Shown: positions 48,046 to 58,275 of the stretch, one piece after another
How the letters are laid out: the number at the start of each line of letters is the position of its first letter
Numbering within the stretch: position 1 is the stretch's first letter
Assembly (NCBI GenBank): GCA_013214205.1
Contig: JABSPQ010000435.1
Coordinates: 9,943-73,942, forward strand
Origin: Flavobacteriales bacterium
GTDB taxonomy: Bacteria > Bacteroidota > Bacteroidia > DT-38
Reading direction: 5' to 3'
DNA length: 64,000 nt
Program-made: the position numbers and the translations under genes
The notes under the pieces: model-generated
The model's input: only the letters and a program-made list of their open reading frames with translations
What the model was told of the DNA's origin: nothing
Databases searched by the model: none

Positions 48046-49839
48046 GTGAAGAAACTATTTCTTAACAACATTTACGCTAATACCTTCAGAGGCGTTTCTA
48101 AATTCCTCAGTGCAGCCCAAAGAAAGCAAGCCATTAAAGTGCTTTTTTTAATTCTAGGAAATGGCTTTGTTGAAGTAATTGGTTTAGCGGTAATTCTTCC
48201 GCTTATCTCAATGGCCAACAACAACTCGCTTATCCATACCAACAAGTATCTCAGAGGTTTTTACAACTTTGTGGGATTTAAAAACGAAGACCAATTCCTC
48301 CTTTTCTTAATAGGCGTAATGGTTACTGTATTTATTATAAAGAATGTATTGGGCATTGTAATCAATTACATTCAAACGAAATTTTCGAATGGTGTTGCAG
48401 CAGATCTTACCAAGCAACAATTCAAAAAATACATCAACTACAGCTATCAGTTTTACAAAAACACCAATTCTAACCTCATCACTAGAGACGTTGGTACTAT
48501 TCCTACCGAATTTTCAATGGGAATTATTCTCCCAATGATCTCTTTAACTTCCGAAGCATTTGTAGTTATTTTAATTGGAATAGGAATTCTTACTGTCGAT
48601 TTTAAAGTTTTCGCCATCATCTTAGCCATCTTCATCCCTCTGTTAGGGTATTTTTACAACAAGGTAAAAGTAAAGTTGGCAGCTTACGGTGAGGAAAGAA
48701 GTAACACAGCACCCAAAACTTACAAAACTATTTTTGAGGCCATTCATGGTTATGTAGATGTTAAACTAACCAACCGAGAAAACTATTTTGTTCAGCGATG
48801 CAGCAAGTCTATTCATCGTTTTTACGAATTACTCACCAAGGTTTACGTACTCGAATTATTCCCGGTCAGAATCATCGAAATGGCCTCCATTGGCTTTATA
48901 GGAACACTTTTCGCTTATTTTATTATTACTGGCAGAGACCGCGAAGAACTCGTTAGTTTCCTTCTTCTTTTTACTGTTGCAGCCTACCGAATTATGCCTT
49001 CGGCAAACAGAATTATGACGGCAATTCTCAGAATCAAAAATTCTAGTTTTATACTCGATATTTTAGAAAAGGAAGATCCTTATAAGGTAAAAGGCCCGTC
49101 GTACAATCCTGATAATATTTCGGAATTGTCTTTCAATGAATCAATTGAATTGGAAAACATAGGTTTTAAATATCCTGAAAAATACGACGACGTTTTAACC
49201 GATTTCAGTTTAACCATTAAAAAGAAAAGCAGCATTGGTCTCATCGGTTCTTCAGGATCGGGGAAAACTACGCTGGTTAATATTATTTTAAGATTGATCG
49301 ACGATCACACCGGAGAGGTTAAAGTTGATGGTAAAACGTTAACAAGCGAGAACATTCCAGCATGGAGAAATCTAATAGGCTACGTTCAACAAGACTCTTA
49401 TTTACTGGATGCCAGTCTTGCCGAAAACATTGCTTTTGGCTTTCCTATGGAAGAAATTGACATGGATAAACTCAACGACAGCATTAAGCAAGCTAGGTTA
49501 GAAGAGTTTATTGAAGGGCTGCCTAAAGGGGTTGATACTAATGTTGGTGAGTTTGGTGGTAAAATTTCGGGCGGACAAAGACAAAGAATTGCTATTGCAC
49601 GTGCGCTCTATAAAAACCCCAAATTGTTGATTTTTGATGAAGCAACAAGTTCGTTAGATTCTAAAGTTGAATCTGAGATTTTAGACACCATTCAAAAATT
49701 ATCCGATTCGGGAATAACAATTATTTCCATTGCGCACAGAATAAGTTCTTTGAAGTTTTGCGATGAAATTTATGAACTTTCAAAAGGAAAAATCATTCAT
49801 AAATACACCTACGCCGAACTGGTTGCCAAAGATCAATAG
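48046..49839 (+). CDS. Fused TMD-NBD ABC exporter (MsbA/PglK-like)
   Basis: It has six N-terminal TM helices. The Walker A is GSSGSGKTT, the signature is LSGGQRQRIAIARAL and the Walker B is LLIFDEATS. Confidence 0.88.
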   Translation: MKKLFLNNIYANTFRGVSKFLSAAQRKQAIKVLFLILGNGFVEVIGLAVILPLISMANNNSLIHTNKYLRGFYNFVGFKNEDQFLLFLIGVMVTVFIIKNVLGIVINYIQTKFSNGVAADLTKQQFKKYINYSYQFYKNTNSNLITRDVGTIPTEFSMGIILPMISLTSEAFVVILIGIGILTVDFKVFAIILAIFIPLLGYFYNKVKVKLAAYGEERSNTAPKTYKTIFEAIHGYVDVKLTNRENYFVQRCSKSIHRFYELLTKVYVLELFPVRIIEMASIGFIGTLFAYFIITGRDREELVSFLLLFTVAAYRIMPSANRIMTAILRIKNSSFILDILEKEDPYKVKGPSYNPDNISELSFNESIELENIGFKYPEKYDDVLTDFSLTIKKKSSIGLIGSSGSGKTTLVNIILRLIDDHTGEVKVDGKTLTSENIPAWRNLIGYVQQDSYLLDASLAENIAFGFPMEEIDMDKLNDSIKQARLEEFIEGLPKGVDTNVGEFGGKISGGQRQRIAIARALYKNPKLLIFDEATSSLDSKVESEILDTIQKLSDSGITIISIAHRISSLKFCDEIYELSKGKIIHKYTYAELVAKDQ

Positions 49840-49872
49840 CAATATTTAAAAGCTAAAAGATTAACACCAAAC

Positions 49873-50580
49873 ATGGTTCAACTGTCTGTTATTCTTCCAA
49901 CCTACAACGAAGCCGGCAATATTGTCGACCTAGTAAACGCAATAATAGAACAACTGCCAACCAACAAAACCTACGAGATAATTGTTGTAGACGACAACAG
50001 CCCAGATGGTACAAGCAGACTTGTAGAAACGGCATTCAAAGAAAACTCGAATGTTAAAATGGTGCTCCGTACAGAAAATAAAGGATTGGCCTACTCCATT
50101 CAGCACGGTATTAATTTGGCAATTGGTGAACGGATTTTAATAATGGACACCGATTTCAGCCACGATCCCAAAGAGATCAACCCGATGCTTCAACTTGCCG
50201 AAACGTATGATATAGTGAGTGGTTCGAGATTTGAACCAAGCGGTGGCATGGAAGACAAAAGGCGCTATTTTGCCAGCTGGTGCTTTAGTTGGTTCATTAA
50301 AATAATGCTGGGCACACAGCTCCAAGACACCCTCGCAGGTTTTTTTATCATTAAAAAATCGGCTCTAAACCAACTCGATCAATCCAAGATTTTTGGGGGC
50401 TATGGCGACTACTATTTCCGCTTGCTCTACTTTGCTCAGCAAAAAAGCATCTCAGCCACCGAACATCCTGTAATGTACATTACTAGAAGAAAAGGCAAAA
50501 GCAAATCAGAATTCATTCCATTATTCATATCTTACCTAATGGCGGTAACGAAATTTAGATTTCAACTTTGGAAGTCCTGA
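49873..50580 (+). CDS. GT2 polyprenyl-phosphate hexose synthase (DPM1/Ppm1-like)
   Basis: It contains LSVILPTYNEAGNI...VVDDNSPDGT...MDTDFSHDP. It is 235 aa and soluble, DPM1-like. Confidence 0.8.
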   Translation: MVQLSVILPTYNEAGNIVDLVNAIIEQLPTNKTYEIIVVDDNSPDGTSRLVETAFKENSNVKMVLRTENKGLAYSIQHGINLAIGERILIMDTDFSHDPKEINPMLQLAETYDIVSGSRFEPSGGMEDKRRYFASWCFSWFIKIMLGTQLQDTLAGFFIIKKSALNQLDQSKIFGGYGDYYFRLLYFAQQKSISATEHPVMYITRRKGKSKSEFIPLFISYLMAVTKFRFQLWKS

Positions 50581-52520
50581 ATAAATTCATTCGGTTTGTA
50601 ACTAATCATTGGCTCGCATTTGTTTTTGCATGTGTCATCAGTTTTATATTTAGCTGCGCAACACTGTTCAATAATGCAAGATCAGAAAGCGATCCCAACT
50701 TCCATTACCAAGCCATTAAATACGGTGCTGGTGCAGCCAGCGACGACTATCACTACTACGCTCACATTAAAAAAATCGTTGAAGGCGACATCCCTTTTAC
50801 CGAATCGGATGTGATTGAAAAAGACGGAAACATCACCCATATATCTGTCACTTTATTTGTTAGTTATTTATTGGCAAGCGTTGGCGGTTTGTTCACTTCA
50901 GATATCAACGAAGTGTATGCAATCAATTTTATTATTTGGCCAGCAGTTAATTTTTTGCTGATCTACCTAATTCTCATGCAGTTTCTAAAGCGAAATTTGA
51001 TCGCTATTTTCCTTGCACTATTCTCCATCCTTTTCTACGGATTTTCGAGCACTTGGGTGTTTCCACAGGTTCTGCAAGGAATCTATTGGAGCATGGCTCA
51101 TATTGGAACAGGCTGGAAAATTCCACTTTCCTTAAATCCCATTGCTGGAAATGAGTTTTTCCGCACACCAAACATTTTAACCACCAACGTGATTTTAATG
51201 TTGTTTACCCTCTCCTATTATTTCTTTATCAGCAACATTAATAAAGCAAAACGAATCAGCCTCGGAATTTTCTTTACAGCCTCTTTAACCGCACTGGCAT
51301 ACACCTACCCCATTCTAATTTATGTTGGCTACAGCATTGTTTTAGCAGGATTCTTTTTCAGTTGGAAAAAATCGAAAGAGATTATTCCGTTTGTTGCAGT
51401 AGCTGTGGTTCTTTCGTCCTATTCGTTTTGGCAGTTGCTTCAACCCTATTTAAATCCGAACGAATACTACCAAGATCTTTTCAATATGATCTCCACCATG
51501 CCATACAACACAAGGCTCCGGATTATTTCCACCTTAACTTCTTTTACATTTATCATTGCTCTGCTATATGGCTCATCACCATTTAAAAAGAAATCTGTAG
51601 CAACCAATTTTCATTTTACAATTTTGTGTGGTGTAGCATTGGCTTATTTGCTTTCCAATTTAATTAATGGTGGCTTCTTTTCCGACAGAGTTTTTTATCG
51701 TGGTGGCGCAATTCCATACTTTCTTTCCGCAAGTCTGTTGGTATTCGCATATTTTAGAGAAGCACATTATAGAAAAAGTTTTGCCATTGGTTTCAGCCAC
51801 ACCACATATCGTCCTATAAAAATCAAAGACAACTTCTTCACTAATTTAGTCAGCATCGCTTTTCAGAATAACTTGTTTTGGTTCACTGCCATCATCATCA
51901 TCACATTTGCGTCGGCCACCAATCAGATTAATTACGCGGCCAAAAAATCTAATTATTACCACGACAAAAATGGTGTTTTAAAACTCTCGGAATGGCTCAA
52001 CGAAAACACTAATAAAAACGAAGTGTTTTTAACGTTAGATCCCGAATTGATTCTGCACCTCCCTGTTTACACACATCTAAAAACATTTAACCCTGTTAGA
52101 GGAAGGAGTCAGGTTGGAATACGGGAACGTACCGACAGACTTTTCGAATCCCTGAAATATTTTAAAGTGCCACCAAAAGCATTTGAATCTAGCCTCAAAA
52201 AAATGGTTTCACATCGTTTCCTTGGCAGCGAACCCGATTATGGAAAAACACAATTGAGCCTTTTCGAACTTTCCTTTTTCTACACCATTAATAAAAAGCT
52301 CCCTCTTAACACAGTTGATACCCTATCGAACAATTATGAGCTGGCCGAAAAAACAATTGATTTAACCCGCATCAACAATTCGGTAGATTACGTTATTACC
52401 AGCCAATACAACTCGGTTGTCGACTCTTTGTATTGTGAAAAATGTATTGTGAGAAAACTTGAAAAAGTGTACGAATTCGACAACAGTTTTAGCGTGTATA
52501 AAACTAAACAACCAAAGTAA
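50568..52520 (+). CDS. Large polytopic membrane protein with a C-terminal soluble domain, a candidate GT-C glycosyltransferase that uses polyprenyl-P-sugar
   Basis: It has a TTG start overlapping the DPM1-like gene by 13 nt. It has ~12 TM helices over ~450 aa followed by a ~200-aa hydrophilic domain, an architecture like YfhO, PglB, PMT and ArnT. Confidence 0.4.
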   Translation: MEVLNKFIRFVTNHWLAFVFACVISFIFSCATLFNNARSESDPNFHYQAIKYGAGAASDDYHYYAHIKKIVEGDIPFTESDVIEKDGNITHISVTLFVSYLLASVGGLFTSDINEVYAINFIIWPAVNFLLIYLILMQFLKRNLIAIFLALFSILFYGFSSTWVFPQVLQGIYWSMAHIGTGWKIPLSLNPIAGNEFFRTPNILTTNVILMLFTLSYYFFISNINKAKRISLGIFFTASLTALAYTYPILIYVGYSIVLAGFFFSWKKSKEIIPFVAVAVVLSSYSFWQLLQPYLNPNEYYQDLFNMISTMPYNTRLRIISTLTSFTFIIALLYGSSPFKKKSVATNFHFTILCGVALAYLLSNLINGGFFSDRVFYRGGAIPYFLSASLLVFAYFREAHYRKSFAIGFSHTTYRPIKIKDNFFTNLVSIAFQNNLFWFTAIIIITFASATNQINYAAKKSNYYHDKNGVLKLSEWLNENTNKNEVFLTLDPELILHLPVYTHLKTFNPVRGRSQVGIRERTDRLFESLKYFKVPPKAFESSLKKMVSHRFLGSEPDYGKTQLSLFELSFFYTINKKLPLNTVDTLSNNYELAEKTIDLTRINNSVDYVITSQYNSVVDSLYCEKCIVRKLEKVYEFDNSFSVYKTKQPK

Positions 52521-52526
52521 TAAGCC

Positions 52527-53681
52527 GTGAATAAAACCTCAGAGCGCCTTCAATACCTCTTGCTTCTTGCCAATGTTTTTTTGGTGAATGCATTGGCCTC
52601 GTTGTGTTATCACTTTAGCTTTCTGTTCTCAACGTTTAGAACAAAAGACGTTGCTTTTTACCCTTATGTACCGCAAGACAACCCAGGAGCAATTGTTCGA
52701 TTCCAACAGTTTCTAACTTACTTTGATGAAGACAAAATATCGTACCACGTTTTCTTCCCTTGTGAATCAACTGTAAACCTTGAGATTTTTAGTTCGAAAG
52801 ATAATTTAGCTGAGCAATATCAAATTTACAAAAAGGTATATTGGACCCGCCTCAAACAAGTATTACAAATCAGAAATTATAAAAACGCTTACGTTCAAAG
52901 AGGGTTCTTTCCGTTTTATCCCGATCAAAAGTTTCCGTACCTCGAAAGATTGGCCAACAAGCTCAACAAAAGCACCACCATAGATTTCTACGATTCCGAT
53001 TACGTTCACAATGAAACGTTGGTAAATCAAACCGTTCAATATTTTCAAAAAGTAACTGTTGTAAACGATCATTTAAAAAGCTACTTCCAGCAAATTCATT
53101 CGGATGTTTCCGTACTCCCCATTGCTTTAGATCCCGATCCTTACGCCATTAAACAAGACTATTCCATCGATAACGAAACAACTATTTTCTGGTCGGGCAA
53201 CTCCGAAAACAGCAAGAATTTGGAGCATATCAAAAGTACTTTAGAGGCAGTTTCAAAATTACATCCGATTAAAATAGTGGCATTTTGCCCAGAAGCACCC
53301 AATATGGGAAGCTTAAAAGTGGAACATCATGTTTGGCAGAAATCAAATTTTTACGAATTGCTTTCCCAGGCCGACATCGCAATTTATCCTCCCGGTAACA
53401 ACAACGAAACTTCAAAAGGAAAAATGGCCTTAAAGGTTTTAGAATACATGGCTGCCGGTTTGCCAATTGTCGGAAGCGCTGTAGGAGTAACGCCATTTCT
53501 GAAAAATAAAGAAAGCATTCTGTTTGTTAATTCCGACGAAGAATGGCAGATGGCATTATTAGAATTAATTAAGGATCAGTCGCTAAGAATGAAATTGGGC
53601 ATGCAAGCCAATAAAGCTTTAGAAGAAAATCATCATCCCGCTAAAATTTACAAATCGCTTAAAGACCGAATAATCGCCTAA
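52527..53681 (+). CDS. Glycosyltransferase, GT-B fold (GT4-like)
   Basis: It has a GTG start. The C-terminus is KMALKVLEYMAAGLPIVGSAVGVTPFL. Confidence 0.65.
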   Translation: MNKTSERLQYLLLLANVFLVNALASLCYHFSFLFSTFRTKDVAFYPYVPQDNPGAIVRFQQFLTYFDEDKISYHVFFPCESTVNLEIFSSKDNLAEQYQIYKKVYWTRLKQVLQIRNYKNAYVQRGFFPFYPDQKFPYLERLANKLNKSTTIDFYDSDYVHNETLVNQTVQYFQKVTVVNDHLKSYFQQIHSDVSVLPIALDPDPYAIKQDYSIDNETTIFWSGNSENSKNLEHIKSTLEAVSKLHPIKIVAFCPEAPNMGSLKVEHHVWQKSNFYELLSQADIAIYPPGNNNETSKGKMALKVLEYMAAGLPIVGSAVGVTPFLKNKESILFVNSDEEWQMALLELIKDQSLRMKLGMQANKALEENHHPAKIYKSLKDRIIA

Positions 53682-53715
53682 AAGAATTAATTTAGAAAGA
53701 CCTACAAGTTTACAC

Positions 53716-54852
53716 ATGACAGAAGAAAAAGAAAGTTTGATTTGCACCAAGTGCGTTCTGGGAAAGGCCGACGACCCTTTCATCACTTTCGACCAACAAG
53801 GTGTTTGCAACCACTGTTATGCATTCGATGAAGTTTCGAGAAAAAGGGTTATCCCAAAAGAGCATCAAAAAGCAGAACTTCAAAAAATTGTAGATCAGAT
53901 TAAAAAAGACGGCAAAGGCAAAACTTACGATTGTATTATTGGTGTAAGCGGTGGCGTTGACAGTACTTACATTGCCTATTTAACCAAAGATTTAGGCTTA
54001 AGACCATTGGCTGTTCATCTAGATAACGGCTGGAACTCCGACATTTCAGTAAAAAACATTGCCAGTTGTTTAGATAAATTATCAATCGATTTACTAACAC
54101 ACGTAATTAACTGGGAGGAATTTAGAGACTTACAGGTGTCTTATCTCAGGGCTTCGGTGGTAGATATTGAGCAACTGACAGATCACGCAATTTTTGCCGT
54201 TCTTCTAAAACTTGCAGGCAAACACGGGATTAAACACATCGTAAACGGTCAGAATGTGTCTACAGAAGGAATTTTGCCTTCATACTGGGTGCACAACAAA
54301 AATGACTTGATTAACATCAAAGGCATCCACAGCAAATTCGGAACGGTTCCACTAAAAACTTTTCCAACTTTAGGTTTAATTAAAAGGTATTACTACATCA
54401 ACATTTTAGGAATTAGCGAACACTCTTTTTTAGATTACATCGATTACGAAAAAGACAAAGCAAAAAAATACATTGCCGACCAATTAGGCTGGATAGACTA
54501 CGGTGGCAAGCATTTCGAATCGTTGTTCACCAAATTTTATCAGGCTTATATATTGCCTGTTAAGTTTAAAATAGATAAAAGGAAGTCGCATTTATCCTCC
54601 TTGATTTGTTCTGGGCAGATGACTAGAGACGAAGCTTTTGAAGAACTTAAGAAACCGCTTTACAAACCCGACGACGAAGAAAGAGAGAAAGCGTACGTGC
54701 TTAAAAAGCTAAAACTTTCGGAAAACGAATTCGATAAATTGATGAAGGAACCCAGAAAGGAACACACAGATTACCCTTCGATATTAAATTATTATAATCG
54801 TTTTCGTACGCCTTATAGGTTTATAAAGTATAATATTTTGGGTGCTAAGTAA
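53716..54852 (+). CDS. N-acetyl sugar amidotransferase (WbpG/PseA/WbuX family PP-loop ATPase)
   Basis: It has an N-terminal zinc ribbon (CTKC...CNHC) followed by the PP-loop IGVSGGVDSTY. Confidence 0.75.
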   Translation: MTEEKESLICTKCVLGKADDPFITFDQQGVCNHCYAFDEVSRKRVIPKEHQKAELQKIVDQIKKDGKGKTYDCIIGVSGGVDSTYIAYLTKDLGLRPLAVHLDNGWNSDISVKNIASCLDKLSIDLLTHVINWEEFRDLQVSYLRASVVDIEQLTDHAIFAVLLKLAGKHGIKHIVNGQNVSTEGILPSYWVHNKNDLINIKGIHSKFGTVPLKTFPTLGLIKRYYYINILGISEHSFLDYIDYEKDKAKKYIADQLGWIDYGGKHFESLFTKFYQAYILPVKFKIDKRKSHLSSLICSGQMTRDEAFEELKKPLYKPDDEEREKAYVLKKLKLSENEFDKLMKEPRKEHTDYPSILNYYNRFRTPYRFIKYNILGAK

Positions 54853-54885
54853 AAACTATTTAAATTTCAAGAACAGAAGATTGGT

Positions 54886-55899
54886 ATGAGTATAAAGTTT
54901 GGAATAGTAGGATGTGGTAGAATTGGAAATCGCCATGCAGAGCACATTATAGCGCATTCGCAAAGTGAGCTTGTAGCCTGCTACGACGATAAACTAAAGG
55001 TAAACCAAACTTTTGCCACCGACAACAATACGGTTGCTGCCGATTCTTTAGAAGAACTTTTAGCCAACGATTCCATCGACATTATTAATGTTTGTGTTCC
55101 GAATGGCTTACACAGCGAAATTTCGGTAAAAGCTTTAAACGCTGGCAAACATGTATTGGTGGAAAAGCCTATGGCACTTACCAAAGCGGAGTGTATCTCT
55201 ATGCTAGCCAGTTCCGATGCCAACAATAAAAAGCTTTTTGTAGTAAAGCAAAACAGGTTTAACCCGCCTGTAAAAAAATTAAAAGACTTAATTGACGAGG
55301 GCAAACTAGGCGAAATTTATTCTGTAGGAGTCAATTGTTTTTGGAATAGAAACGAGGATTATTATAAAAGTTCCGATTGGAAAGGGAGTCAGCAATTGGA
55401 CGGTGGCACCCTATTTACACAGTTTAGCCATTTTATCGACATAGCTTATTACCTTTTTGGCGACATGGAAAATTTTAGTGGCGTAATTAAAAACTGCAGC
55501 CACGGAGATCTCATCGACTTTGAAGATTCGGGCAGCATAGCGTTTAATTTTACTAGTGGCGCAATTGGTAATTTGAACTACACCACATCTTGCTATCAAG
55601 AAAACATGGAAGGTTCTATTGTTGTTTTTGCAGAAAATGGCACCATTAAAATTGGCGGAAAATATTTAAATGCAATCGAATTTCAGAAAACAAACGGCTT
55701 CGATATCGAAAACATCACCACTTCGGCACCAGCTAATAACTATGGATTTTATCAAGGTTCTATGTCAAACCACGACAAACTGATTAACAATGTAATCCAG
55801 GCCCTTGAAGGAAATCAAGACATTTTAACAACTGCATCGGAAGGGATGAAAGTAGTGGAGATTATAGAAAACATGTACAAAAGCGTACGAAGAATCTAA
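54886..55899 (+). CDS. Gfo/Idh/MocA oxidoreductase, WbpB-like UDP-sugar 3-dehydrogenase candidate
   Basis: The N-terminus is KFGIVGCGRIGNRHAE. It is next to a DegT aminotransferase, as in WbpB-WbpE. Confidence 0.7.
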   Translation: MSIKFGIVGCGRIGNRHAEHIIAHSQSELVACYDDKLKVNQTFATDNNTVAADSLEELLANDSIDIINVCVPNGLHSEISVKALNAGKHVLVEKPMALTKAECISMLASSDANNKKLFVVKQNRFNPPVKKLKDLIDEGKLGEIYSVGVNCFWNRNEDYYKSSDWKGSQQLDGGTLFTQFSHFIDIAYYLFGDMENFSGVIKNCSHGDLIDFEDSGSIAFNFTSGAIGNLNYTTSCYQENMEGSIVVFAENGTIKIGGKYLNAIEFQKTNGFDIENITTSAPANNYGFYQGSMSNHDKLINNVIQALEGNQDILTTASEGMKVVEIIENMYKSVRRI

Positions 55900-55921
55900 T
55901 CTGAACCCACAGCATTTAATT

Positions 55922-57016
55922 ATGAAAGTAGATTTCGGAAACCTGAAACGTCAGCACCAGCGCATTGAAAACGAGCTGAACCAAGTTGTAAAAGATTGCA
56001 TCGACAACACTTCTTTTATTGGTGGTGCGTACGTTAAGAATTTCGAAAAAGATTTCGCCAGCTTTTTAGACCTTTCTAATTGTGTGGCTTGTGCCAACGG
56101 AACCGATTCGATTGAAATTCTTTTGAAATCGTTTAATATTGGCCCAAACGACGAAGTTATTGTTCCAGCCCATAGTTGGATCTCTACTTCCGAAGCTGTT
56201 TCCTCTAATGGAGCCAAACCTGTTTTTGTCGACACTTTACCCGATAGGTATACCATTGATGCAACCAAGATTGAAGAAAAAATAACGAGCAAAACCAAAG
56301 CAATTATCCCTGTTCATATTTATGGTCACCCGGCCGAAATGGACGAAATAATGTCGATTGCAAAAAAGCACAACCTAATAGTAATAGAAGATTGCGCTCA
56401 AGCTCATGGCGCACTATACAAAGGCAAAAAGATTGGAACAATTGGCGATGCAGCCAGCTTTAGTTTTTACCCGGGCAAAAACCTTGGCGCTTTTGGCGAC
56501 GCGGGTTGCATGGTAACCAACAATGATAAAATTGCAGAAACTGCACGGAGAATTGCCAACCATGGTCAGGCTAAAAAACACGACCACAAAATAGAAGGCC
56601 GCAACAGCCGTATGGACACCATAAACGCTGCCGTACTTGGGGTTAAACTAAAACAATTAGATGCTACCAATACGAGCAGAATTGAAAGTGCTGCAATTTA
56701 TACTGATTTGCTTTCGGGTACTAATGTTATTCTCCCACAGGTTTCAGAAAACGCAAAGCATGTGTTTCATTTATATGTGATTCAAACAGAAAACAGGCCA
56801 GCTTTAATTGAAGCATTCAACAAAGAAGAAATCGGTTACGGCATTCATTACCCCACTACCCTGCCGCTTTTAGAAGCCTATAAGGCAAGCAATTACAGCG
56901 CATCAGATTTCCCCGTAGCCACTGCTTACACCGAAAATATTATCTCCTTGCCGATGTTTCCCTATATGAAACGTGAAGAAATTGAGCATGTTTGCAACGT
57001 TATTAAAAGCATCTAG
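55922..57016 (+). CDS. DegT/DnrJ/EryC1/StrS PLP-dependent sugar aminotransferase (WbpE/PglE-like)
   Basis: It contains ...CANGTDSIEILL..., VIPVHIYGHPAEMD and FSFYPGKNLGAFGDAG, with K in the PLP site. Confidence 0.85.
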   Translation: MKVDFGNLKRQHQRIENELNQVVKDCIDNTSFIGGAYVKNFEKDFASFLDLSNCVACANGTDSIEILLKSFNIGPNDEVIVPAHSWISTSEAVSSNGAKPVFVDTLPDRYTIDATKIEEKITSKTKAIIPVHIYGHPAEMDEIMSIAKKHNLIVIEDCAQAHGALYKGKKIGTIGDAASFSFYPGKNLGAFGDAGCMVTNNDKIAETARRIANHGQAKKHDHKIEGRNSRMDTINAAVLGVKLKQLDATNTSRIESAAIYTDLLSGTNVILPQVSENAKHVFHLYVIQTENRPALIEAFNKEEIGYGIHYPTTLPLLEAYKASNYSASDFPVATAYTENIISLPMFPYMKREEIEHVCNVIKSI

Positions 57017-57018
57017 GT

Positions 57019-58275
57019 TTGAAGGTACTCATCATCTGCAACGACTTTCCTCCTTTAAATTCCATTGGTGCAGAACGACCTTTTAGCTGGTTTGCCTATT
57101 TCAAAAAATTTGGTCATGATGTTACTGTAATCACCAAGGACTGGGGTAAACTCGATGCAGAGTCTACCAGTTTAATGGAGTATTTAGAGGCGACCGAAGG
57201 AGAATTAATTCGTGTTCCCAATCATACTTTGCTTCCACAACGCATGTTTGAGAAATATGGAGCTGATGGTAGAAAGCTATTTCGTAAAGCGGCCACACTT
57301 TCTTATAGAATGCTGTCGTTTGTTAATTCGAAGTTTGATACCCACAGTATTTTACATCAAAAGGCAGACGAATATTTAAACAAGAACAAAGTAGATTTTG
57401 TTATTACAACCGGTGAACCATTCATACTTTTTAAATATGGATTTCTCTTAAAAAAGAAATACGGAATTAAATGGATCGCAGATTATCGTGATGGCTGGTA
57501 CCACAACCATGTTGGGCACGAGGGTGTTTTAGGCGCATTGCTGCATAGATATGAATTCCATTTTGAGAAGAAATACATTCAAGCCTGCGATCAAACAATT
57601 ACAGTAGACTCCTATTTGGCGGGTAAGTTGGAAGCAACACACGGAAAAAAACCACAATTAGTGAGCAACGGGTTTTGGAAGTTTATCGAATCTAAAAAAA
57701 ACGCAGGAACGCAATTGGTGTTAACCCATATGGGAACGCTCACTCCTGGCCAAGATGCCGAATTATTTTTAAGTGCTATTGCAAACTTGATTAAACAAGA
57801 CAAGATTTCGAAAGACGACGTACTCATTAATTTCATAGGAATTGCAGGCAAACCGGCACAAGAACAAAGGGTTTTGAATTACAGCAAATCATTAGATGGC
57901 GTTGTAAAAACCACAGGCCGAATTCCCAAAACAGAAGCCCACCAACTAAATGCGCAATCCGACTTTTTAATCTCCCTTACCGATAAAAGTTATTCGGCCA
58001 TTTACGCCAAAACATTTGATTACGTAGCATGTCAGAATCCTATTTTGGTAATTCCGGGTGATGGTTTGTTGATGGACAAATTTGTAACAGACCTAAAAGG
58101 AGGCGTGATCTTAGGTTCTGTAGAAAAAATTGAAGCGTTTATTTTAGATGCCATCCAAAAGAAAAAAGCAGGTGAAGCATCTGAGGCATTCACAATAGAT
58201 AAAGACAAAGCGAAGTTTTACCTCAGAGAAAATCAAGCGAAGCAATTCGCAGAAATCATTAACGCAATTAAGTAA
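57019..58275 (+). CDS. Glycosyltransferase, GT-B fold (GT4-like)
   Basis: The N-terminus KVLIICNDFPPLNSIGAERPF is typical of GT4. Confidence 0.65.
   Translation: MKVLIICNDFPPLNSIGAERPFSWFAYFKKFGHDVTVITKDWGKLDAESTSLMEYLEATEGELIRVPNHTLLPQRMFEKYGADGRKLFRKAATLSYRMLSFVNSKFDTHSILHQKADEYLNKNKVDFVITTGEPFILFKYGFLLKKKYGIKWIADYRDGWYHNHVGHEGVLGALLHRYEFHFEKKYIQACDQTITVDSYLAGKLEATHGKKPQLVSNGFWKFIESKKNAGTQLVLTHMGTLTPGQDAELFLSAIANLIKQDKISKDDVLINFIGIAGKPAQEQRVLNYSKSLDGVVKTTGRIPKTEAHQLNAQSDFLISLTDKSYSAIYAKTFDYVACQNPILVIPGDGLLMDKFVTDLKGGVILGSVEKIEAFILDAIQKKKAGEASEAFTIDKDKAKFYLRENQAKQFAEIINAIK

Noticed and set aside
48046-49839. The ABC protein as a Wzm/Wzt-type O-antigen ABC transporter
   Set aside because: Wzm and Wzt are separate polypeptides. 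This is a fused six-TM plus NBD half-transporter, which is more like MsbA or PglK lipid-linked-glycan flippases.
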